A DNA stretch of 64,000 bases from Octopus vulgaris (Eukaryota), in the NCBI GenBank assembly GCA_951406725.2, contig OX597814.1, positions 61,008,001 through 61,072,000 on the forward strand, given 5' to 3'. A program made the translations under genes and the position numbers. The notes beneath the pieces were generated by a model, which saw nothing but the letters and a program-made list of their open reading frames with translations, did not search any database and was not told the DNA's origin. This document shows, piece by piece, positions 54,320-64,000 of this stretch (position 1 is its first letter; each line of letters starts with the position of its first letter).

Positions 54320-55300
54320 TCCCTACAAGAGAAAGGGAAACAGGCAGTCCTTCTTGACTACCTCACTCAGCACATGGAAGAGTGTGGCTTCAGAGAGGGC
54401 CATGGGAGAGTCAACATGATCTTTGCTACATGCCAACTTCAGAAATGTCAGAAGCAGAATAGATCTGTACGTGATGTTTATAATTTTTGTCCAAGGTCTT
54501 TAACACCCTCAGTCATGAGGGGTTTGGGAAGATCTTGGGAAAGTTTGATTATCCAAACAAATTCATCAGCATAGTGCCACAGTTTCATGGTGACATGTCT
54601 GATGAGTGCTGGATAGTGGATATTCTTCTGGTACATTCACAGTCACTAATGGGGTGAAGCTGGGCTGTCTACTCACACCGTTCAGCATAATGTTCTCACC
54701 ATACTATCAAATGCCTTCTGTAACGACAATGAAATCAGCATCAAAATCAGATTCGGGACTGATGGCAGACTCTTCAACCTGCAGAGGTTACAGGTCAAGA
54801 CCAAAGGAAGAGATGACTCAATGCACAACTTCCATTACACAGATGACTGCACACACAGTGCCACCACAGAGGCCTTGAAGCTGTAGAGCATGAACTACTT
54901 TTCCAGGCCTGACAATCAGCATTCAGGAGACAGAGGTCATGCACTAATCTGGCCCATGAAGCCATGTATGGAACCAATTATCACTGTCAAAGAGGAGTCC
55001 CTGAAGATTGTTAATAAGTTCTTGTTCCACAACAACACATTCTCCAGATCTGTGAACATTGATGAGAAAGTTGACACTTGCATTGCCAAAGGAAGCCCAG
55101 CATTTGGGCAGCTACATGAATCCATGTGGGAGAGGAGAAACATTAGGCTGGAACCAAGCTGAAGGTTTAGCAAGAAGTTATACTACCTACACTACTGTAC
55201 ACCTACAAGAGTTGGACAGTTTTTGAACTCCACGTCAAAAAGCTAAACCACTTCCACATGAACTGCCTGAGAAAGCTGTTGAAAATCATCTGGCAAGACA
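54320..55300 (+). mobile_element. Decayed RTE/BovB-like LINE RT fragment
   Basis: ECGFREGHGRVNMIFATCQLQKC, FTVTNGVKLGC, IDEKVDTCIAKGSPAFGQL. Confidence 0.78.
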
Positions 55301-56286
55301 GAGAGAGAGAGAATGAGAGATGTATACACATGCACACACACTGGAAACTATCTGTTTACATCAATGAAAATATATTATAATATTATGAATTCATTTATAT
55401 TCATATTAATATTCATTAAAAGGATTTTTCGTCTGTTGTATTGAAACATCCATAATTAAAAGATTAGATATGATACCATAAATTCTAATTTGTTTGTTTT
55501 TTTTATTTAATGTATTCATACTTTGCAGCCATTCTATTTTACCTGGAATTCCAGTTGATATGGGTAGTTTTCTTCTTTACAGTAAACCATCTACTGATAT
55601 ACACTTACACAGATGTGCCTGTTGAGGATCCTGTAGTGATATTTTAAATCAGTTAATATGTACATTTCAGGTTTGTGTAATATATAATAGGAAATGCATC
55701 CATAATGCAAGACCAGTCTCAGTTAAAACATTTCAAAATATGAAGCAGTTAATGGAGATATTTCAATATCTTTCCAGTGGCACAAAAAAAGCACTTTTCG
55801 AGCATTGGGCCTCACGGAGGCATGACAAATGACCAAGACCTTTGGCAATATGCCATGCTTGAGTAGAAGCCCCATCAAGCCATGTGAAATTATAGTTGTG
55901 GCAGATACTGGTATCATGCAACTGGCTCATAAAAGCACCCGTTACACTCCCAGAGTGGTTAGCATTAGGAAGGGCATCCAGCTGTAGAAACTGTGCCAAA
56001 TCAGACTAGAGTCTGTTGCAGCCCTTCAGCTTACTAGCCCTGGTCAAACTATCCAACCCGTGACAGCATGGACAACATACGTTAAATGATGATGATGATG
56101 ATATTGCCATAGCAGTAAACCAACTACTAAGAAGAATAAATGGTTTGACTTCATTAATACAGTTTATACAACTCAATGCTAGTCCAGACTCCACTTATGT
56201 AGATGCTCTAACAACAATTTGGAGTAGTTTATTATATTTGACTCGAGTCGAAAATTCTATTACCATGCACCACTTCTTAGTATAAC

Positions 56287-56323
<37 letters not shown>

Positions 56324-56393
56324 TAGGGTAGCGAATATTCATTAGAAATATCACCACCAGTGGCCTAACATGTATAAATAGTCAATAGACAAC

Positions 56394-56557
56394 ATATTCT
56401 TATTTTAAAATAGTGTACATTTAAACACAAGAGATAACTACCCTTTAACAGGTAATTTTTACATGCTAAAAGAAGCTTCTTCTAGCATGTAAAAATTACC
56501 TGTTAAAGGGTAGTTTTCACTTGTGTTTAAATGTACACTATTTTAAAATAAGAATAT
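56394..56557. repeat. 164 bp spacerless palindrome (3 mismatches) centred on AAGCTT
   Basis: atattcttattttaaaatag...agaag|cttct...ctattttaaaataagaatat. (TA)n on both sides and a one-sided tail at ~56326-56393. Confidence 0.95.
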
Positions 56558-56935
56558 ATATATATATATATATATATTTAGTATAATTCAAGTAAAACCC
56601 CTGTAACATGTATTTAAGAACTCTTATGTTATTATTTGGCTACAATTTTTTCCTTTGCACATCTGAACTTTGGAATTCCCTTCCACAGTCTATTTTCTTC
56701 TTCAACATGACCCCCAGTCTTTTAAGTCTAATGTACATCATCACCTATTGACTTCTGTCTAGCATCCATTTTATTCTAGTAGCTCTATGTTTTCAGTGGT
56801 CTAAGGAACTTGTAACAAGCAAATGCTTTCAAAAAAAAAAGAAAGAAAGAAAGAAGAAAAACTACATATACTACAGTGGGGTATACTCCAGTGCTGGATA
56901 CATATGTGGAACTCCTCTTTGCATAAGATTAATAC

Positions 56936-57019
56936 AAGAATTATATAACATAAGAATGGAGGATATATCAGGTTTTAATAGAACCTGATATCCTCCATCC
57001 TCATGATATATTATTCTTT
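56936..57019. repeat. ~84 bp imperfect hairpin just 5' of a truncated CR1-type LINE
   Basis: aagaattatataacataagaatggaggatatatcaggtt versus aacctgatatcctccatcctcatgatatattattctt. Confidence 0.75.
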
Positions 57020-57029
57020 TATATATTTA

Positions 57030-58156
57030 ACTGGAAAACTTGGAGAGTGGTTATATGACTTTCTGAAAAATAGAAGTCAGGCAGTGGTGGCCAATGGATC
57101 CACCTCAAGAAAAACACAAATAGTGAGTGGTGTTCTCCGGGGCACTATCTTAGGACCACTACTTTTCATAGTGTCCCTCTCAGATACACCCTCAGCTGCC
57201 CAGATAGCTACCCTTGCTAGCTACACAGATGATATGAAAGTCTTGCAGAAAATACAAAACCCTAGTGATGTTGCATGCCTGCAGCAGGAGTTGGACTCAA
57301 TGTATAGATGGACTGAGAACAATAATATGCAGTTTAATGCTGAAAAATACCAAACCCTGTGCTACTAGCACCCAAGACTGAATGTAAAACTTACAGGGTA
57401 CATTGGTCCACAGGGGTTTACAATCCCAGAACCTAAATCAGTGCAGGACCTGGGTATCGACATGAGTGATGATACTTCTTTCCAAGTGCATATTACTAAA
57501 ATGGCAATAAAGTGCAGACAGATAGCTGGCTGGATCCTGAGAACCTTCAGAACCAAAGAGAAGGAAACCATGATGGTACTCTGGAGGACATTCGTCTATT
57601 GTTACCCCACAGTGTAAAATTAACAGCAAACTTTGAAACAATCCAGCAAAACTTCACAAAGATCATCTCATTGCAACAGCTCAGCTACTAGGAAAGGCTG
57701 AAACAGCTAAAACTCTATTCCCTGGAGTGAAGGCAGTAGAGATATGCAGTAATATACATCTGGAAGGGATTGTGCCAAATTTTAGCATTGAAAGCTACAC
57801 AAATGCCAGAACGGGTTGCCACTGCACAGTACGAAAGATCCCAACAATATCTTTGTGCTTCAGGACCAGCTACTGCAACAGCTTGGGTTTCAAGGGCCCT
57901 CAGCTTTTTAATATTCTCCCAAAGAGCCTAAGGGACTTACACAAAATGGATGTAGGCGTTTTCAAATCAAAACTGGTCTCTTCCTGTCAAGAATCCCAGA
58001 TGAACCTACCTTGTGGCAGGAGGCACAAATGAGGGCAGCGACACCAACTCCCTTATTCACTAAATGTCACATATCAGAGGAGGCTCTCAATAATAACAGT
58101 GTAGCAAAACACCGGTGCCCCAGCATGGCCACAGCTCTGAGCTGAAACTAATAAAA

Positions 58157-58160
<4 letters not shown>
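57030..58160 (+). mobile_element. 5'-truncated CR1/L2-group LINE (3' RT and tail)
   Basis: WLYDFLKNRSQAVVANG...SGVLRGTILGPLLF...YTDDMKV. Ends ggtgccccagcatggccacagctctgagctgaaactaataaaa. A second 3' end lies on the minus strand at ~60995-61200. Confidence 0.85.
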
Positions 58161-58192
<32 letters not shown>

Positions 58193-58205
58193 TAATAAAT
58201 TAATA

Positions 58206-58251
<46 letters not shown>

Positions 58252-59350
58252 GTTATGTTTAAAATTAAAGTTTAAATAGGAGACTTTAAAGTGTCATTTC
58301 CAAACCTTGTTTTGGGTCTGCCTCTCGTAGTGTGCCTAATATAATTCCATTATATTGTTCCCCAACCACTATGTAAGCCAAAACAATTGTTGTGCTAAAT
58401 AAAGCGTACAGTCCATTGTCTTCCCTATCAATCATTTAAAATAGATATATGTAAGTGTGTGTGTTTGCACCTCCTCATCTTGGTATCATGAGATAGTTGT
58501 AAACAAGTTTCACCACCATGCATGTAATGCCATTCATTTCCCACCTTCTCTGGAAACCTGTCCATTTGGTAACAAGGAATGCATCCATCCATAGAAAATC
58601 TGCCTGAACAAATCTCAGCTGACCAATGCAAGCATTGATAAGTGGCCATTAAAACAATATTATTATTATCATTATTATTAATCTGCAAGTTAGAGGTTTG
58701 TTACCACACTGGAGAAAATGCTTAGTGGCATTTCTTCCAGCTTTACACTCTGAGTTCAAATTTTGCCATGGTCAGCTTTGCCTTTCGTCCTTTTGGAGTC
58801 AATAAAATAAGTACCAGTTGAGCACTGGAGTTGAGGTAAATGATTAGCCCCACCTCTCTATATATGTTTGTGTGTGTGCATCAGGGGATGATTATGTTGT
58901 TAAATAATAGTAGTTGCAGCAACCAAAGCAACCACTTTATGTTACTACATCAGACAGGAGAGACAGACAGAGACACACAGACGGACAGGCAGAGAGAGAG
59001 ATTATAATTCTTCAGATTATTAACCTCGTCTTTACAGGTGAATCTTTTATGTTTTTTACAATATTTATGACTATACTAGATTTCTGATAAGTTAATTTAT
59101 TGGTAAACCAATAAATCAGCCTATATTGAAGAAATGAATCACCTGAAAATAATACTCCTGAATAATATATATCCAGCCCATTAAATAAGACCTGTAGTCA
59201 CTGTGATACACAAATTTGAAGTTTAACCAAACTTTTCTCACTGTGTGTGTGTATTATTTTGCTTAGGCATTGTGAGTCTAATAACCTAGTGTAGAACTCA
59301 ATATATGTATGTTTCAGAATAAAGTGTTAGCTGAGTATAGAGCAGTATAA

Positions 59351-59496
59351 AGAGATGACAAAGGAATAAATTATTATTGTATGAATTTCATTAGCTTACA
59401 GCTGTTTCACTGCATCTGAGTCACTACATCTTACAGTAGAAACAGCTGTAAGCTAATGAAGTTCATAACATAATCATTTTTTCCTTTGTCATCTCT
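59351..59496. repeat. Inverted repeat with hammerhead 3' halves (GAAACAGCTGTA) on both arms
   Basis: agagatgacaaaggaa...ttagcttacagctgtttcactg versus cagtagaaacagctgtaagctaa...ttcctttgtcatctct. Confidence 0.88.
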
Positions 59497-59852
59497 CTAA
59501 TGTGTAGTGTGTGTGTGTGTGTAGTTATAACAATAATAATCCTTGGATGGAATTTATATAAAAAAAGTTCTGTTTAGCCTATTCTGTCTTTCTGTCAGGA
59601 CTGAAGGAGGCATGTAAGGACGGAGAATCGTGAAGAGGTCACAGGATGTATGATGAAAGATTTCAGACAAAGGACACGAAAAATAAGAATAATAATAAGA
59701 AAGCTGAAGTGAACAAGCATAAGGTGCATGTTGTTAATTGGCAAAAAATATGACCATCCCCAAATATAACAATTTCTGTTTCAAAACACAATTTAACATC
59801 AGAATTATTACAAAACAAATACATGTGTATGTCTGTCTGTCTGTATGTATGT

Positions 59853-60600
59853 ACAGGGTAAATTGTTGTCATTTTATATTTTTAATTTCATGTATGTGCA
59901 TTGTTTTGGATTTTGTCAACTACACAGTATAGTAGGGTCAATTGGGAAAAACAGTACCATGACACAATTCACTCCACCAGAAATTTGGAAACAACATACT
60001 GTACTGCTTGGCACTCATGCCAGAAGCTCCAATACGAACATTTCGGTGTGTTTGGCTGTCAATCTGGGGACAATGCATGTACCGAGAGTGATAAAAATCA
60101 AACATCCAGTCAACTTCATGGTGTTTGGAATGATCACTAGTGATGACGATGTTATGCCTCCATTCATCTTCCTACATGGCCTCAGACTCAACATGGAGGC
60201 CTACAAGTACCTGCAGGAAGTAGTGCTGCCCTGGATCAAGAGGGTGGCTGCTGGGAGACTCTATGTCTGGCAACAGGACTCTGCACCATGCCACACAGGC
60301 AGGAGAACCCAATCATGGCTGTCAGACAATTTCTGCAACCACATCTGCAATCTCCTTCATTATTATGTGTGGGGCACAGTTGAGCAGGAGACCAACAAAA
60401 CTCCTTGTACTACCAAAGATGAACTGACGGCAAGGATTATAGCAGTATTCACCAACTTAAACAAGGAGACCGTCCAGAAAAGTTGCAGGAGATTCCAAAG
60501 TTGTCTGGAGGCCATAGTTGAAGCCAATGGCGATTTTATTGAATAAATTTACTATTTAGTATTTGAAGATATTTTTATGTAATATTGGTAAATATATCTT
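59853..60600 (+). mobile_element. Deleted mariner-like (maT/DD37D-like) transposase remnant
   Basis: KHPVNFMVFGMITSDDDVMPPFIF, WQQDSAPCH, YYVWG...CRRFQSCLEAIVEANGDFIE. The region around the third catalytic D is deleted. Confidence 0.78.
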
Positions 60601-62599
60601 GGTCTTTCATCATTCTCAGTCTCCATTTTCCTATAGTTACCCTCATACTGATTGCATATGACCTTTTTTTCCTGCAAGTGTCCATTACCCAATAACATAT
60701 CAAGTCCATAGCAGCATGATTGTCTCTCTTGCACACTTACACTAAGGCCTTGAATGCAAAATGTCATTCACTCAGGTCAGTACTGCTCTGACTTATATAC
60801 AGAGGTCACATTATACACCCAATAGATATACATTTCATACCATTTCTCTCCAATCTCACCAGCTCTTCTATGTTCAATACCCATGTCTTACTAACAAGTA
60901 ACATCACACACAACCCTTCACACATCTACCACTCCTTCTTCACACAACCTACTGTTGTTTCACTACACTCAACTCCAAAACTAATTTTTTTTTTCATTTT
61001 CATCTAGTTTCAGCTCACAAGCTGTGGCCATGCTGGGGCACCGCCATTCGGTGTTTCTACATGATTTTACTTCACGAATGCTTTTTAGCAATTGACATTT
61101 GGTGCATGAGAGAGTTTGTTGCAGCTTCCCTCATCTGCACCTCTTGCCATGAAGTTGGTTCATCTGGGACACCTGACAGGAAGAGGTCCAGCTTTATTTA
61201 TTAGACATAATTTTTTTATGTCTTTTTAATTAGGCATAATCAATTAGCTTCTTCCTTGCCAATAAAGGACCTTTTAGGTAGTTTCTCAAACTTATAGAAA
61301 TAACAAAAATGAAGCAAAAGATAAAAAAGTGGGGATTAAGCAGCAGAAAATGGGAAAAAGGAGTTCATCCCTGAAAAAATGGTATGTTTAACCGTGCCTT
61401 GCAGACATGATTGCAAAAGCATTTGCCACAGAGAATGCCCAGCAACACTTGCTACAACAATTACCCCACCTCACAGGGTTCATTTCTCAGACAGGCTACA
61501 GTTATCCTGATTTTGTGGCAGAAACCAGCAGTGCAGGCTCTGAGAACATCTGAGGTCTTGGCAGTAATCATCATAAACTGACAGTAGCCGGTCAGGATCC
61601 TATATTTATTTATCTATTTTTCTCTCCTGTATTGCAGGTGGCTGATGCAACAAGGTTGGGGCCAGAGAACATGTCACTGCCCCCCGCCCTTGTTATTTTG
61701 TCAGAGAGCTCACCATTTCTATGGCTGAGATCTACTGGCTCCAGTCGAGACAGGAAGCTAGCTGCATCAAGGCCGCTTCTAATTATATCATTCAGAGTAG
61801 TGGTGAGCTGGCAGAAACATTAGCACGCCGGGCAAAATGCTTTGTGGTATTTCGTCTGCCATTATGTTCTGAGTTCAAATTCTGCCAAGATTGACTTTGC
61901 CTTTCATCCTTTCGGGGTCAATAAATTAAGTACCAGTTACGCACTGGGCTTGATGTAATCGACTTAATCCCTTTCTCTGTCCTTGTTTGTCCCCTCTATG
62001 TTTAGCCCCTTATGGGTAATAAAGAAACATATATCATTCAGAGTAGCATGTTGGAGGAGCTGGCCCACACTATGGATGCAGGATAATGGATGCAAGCAGA
62101 ATTCATCAACTTATCACATAAATTTTGTTTTTGTTGAGAGAGTGAGGCAGAAAGAGATTAATTACATATTCACACTCACTCACATTCATTTGCATACTCT
62201 TAGATAGACAATCCCTCCTGATTGGAATAATGATTGCTAAGAAGTTAAAAAGCTATCATTCTTACTTAGAAACGATTGTTGCCTGAGACTAACTGTATTT
62301 GAGTTTTTGTTGGTAATTTTTATTTTGTCTGTTTTTAATTATTTTCATAGCCTTGACACAAAATCAAAATCTAGTTTGACATATCGTGTAGTTGTTTGCA
62401 TCTGTCAGACTGAGTTGTAAATTGAAACTTTATTGATTTGATTAAGGGCTTTAATTTCAGTTCCTTCTAAATAATTCTTTGACACATTCCTTGACTTTGA
62501 TTGAGTTTGTTAAGGTTCAGTTTTGTTATAAATAATCTTTATTGTAACATACACCCATACACACACACACACGCCCACATGTAAACATATATACATATA

Positions 62600-62632
<33 letters not shown>

Positions 62633-62641
62633 GTATTTATG

Positions 62642-62683
<42 letters not shown>

Positions 62684-63561
62684 AATGTGTTTATATATGT
62701 ATGTATTTATATGTGTGTGTGCATACATACATAAGAGCAAAGGAATCTGATGCGCCTCCTCCAAATTCAATCTATTAATGGCATATTGAAAATTGCTAAC
62801 TCATTCCAAAGATTCTCCATCTGAGATTCTTTAAATGAATATAAGCACAAAACATCTCAACCACGTTTTTATAAACCCTGGGAACTGAAAAGGTTATACA
62901 ATTATCTTATCAACCAGCTTCAACTTCATTAAGAACTCAAATCTAAAAAAAAACCATACATACATACATACATACATATACACACACATACATGCATGCA
63001 TGCATGTATGATTATCTTGAGATTTAAGTTCTTAATGCAGTTCAAGCTGGTTGCTAACAAAACAGTTCCGCTTTTTAAGTTCCCAAAGTTTGTAAATATG
63101 TTGTTGAGTTGTTGTGTACATATTTTCATATAAAGAATGCATGCATTTTATAAATGTTCAGTGTCACATTCATTAAAGTCCTCTTACATAGTTTTTAAAT
63201 GAAAATTGTTCCCTAGATTAATAGTTTTTTTGGGTTTTTTTTATTATTTTGCGTTGTTACTGAAACATGAAATCACCGAATGTAGAATACAATTACATAT
63301 ATTACAATGAATTGTTTTATTTAATATGAGAGAAATGAGTTAAAAATCGTTTGGTATGTGTCACAGCACTTTTTTTTACGTCTTCACACCCACTAACTTT
63401 AGAACCTGGCCACACCTCTGTATGTGCTTATGTATGTGTGTGTATGAATATGTTCAGTATATAATATTTTTGAATAATTAAAGGAAATCAGATATTCATA
63501 ATTAACTGATCTTCCTGTATTTTCTTTTGCCTAAAGCCAGGAACTTTTCACAACCCTCTCG

Positions 63562-63595
<34 letters not shown>

Positions 63596-63607
63596 TGCAT
63601 ACATACA

Positions 63608-63816
63608 CGAGGGGTTACTGAAAAGTACCTGGGTATCACAAAAAGCCTGGTGGGAGGCTCAACCTTCCAAGTTCTTTTACAGGGCTTAGAAAAATTGAAG
63701 GACCGCTGCAATGAGTGTTTGAATCTGAGTGGGGAATATGTTGGATAAAATCACAATTAACTGATCTTCCTGTATTTTCTTTTACCCAAGGCCAGGAACT
63801 TTTCAGCACCCCCTCG
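63608..63816 (+). mobile_element. Mariner-derived MITE (related partial copies at 63500-63561 and 35900-36078)
   Basis: TIRs cgaggggttactgaaaagtacctgg / ccaggaacttttcagcaccccctcg, followed by TA. Encodes a mariner-type C-terminus GLEKLKDRCNECLNLSGEYVG*. Confidence 0.82.
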
Positions 63817-64000
63817 TATATGTATATAGATGTATAAAGGGTCTCACTTGTTGATCCTCTTCTCTACCACTACCAACTCTTACCTCTACGGACACTCTAC
63901 CTCTCTCCACTGGACTTTTTACCTTTACGGACACTTACCCTCTGGTTGCACCTCTCCCACACACGGATCACAGTGACTATATTATATAGTTGTATGTGTG

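Noticed and set aside
61638-61823. Acceptor followed by VADATRL, resembling MLH1 exon 8 (VADVRTL)
   Set aside because: Similarity limited to a few residues; the QGE start, the rest of the exon and a donor at ~89 bp are missing.

Overview
AT-rich, microsatellite-saturated eukaryotic DNA. The SINE/LINE repertoire suggests an octopus-type cephalopod (inference, not database-checked). The only well-supported host gene is MLH1 (MutL homolog, + strand): five internal coding exons at 32963-47022, equivalent to human exons 2, 3+4 fused, 5, 6 and 7. I could not find exon 1 or exon 8 onward in the window. The rest is mostly decayed mobile DNA: Penelope-like retroelements (PLEs; RT + GIY-YIG), RTE and CR1-type LINEs, several SINE families, Tc1/mariner elements (DD36E, DD41D, maT-like) and MITEs. 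The most unusual signal is non-coding. There is an intact minimal type-I hammerhead ribozyme (HHR) at 6358-6399, at the 3' end of a PLE. There is also a series of short fold-back palindromes inserted in (TA)n/(TG)n tracts, most with a one-sided unique tail. Two of them (16613-16732, 33844-34093) are head-to-head pairs of hammerheads, and in both the + strand copy is the damaged one. Coordinates were counted by hand; repeat boundaries are approximate.
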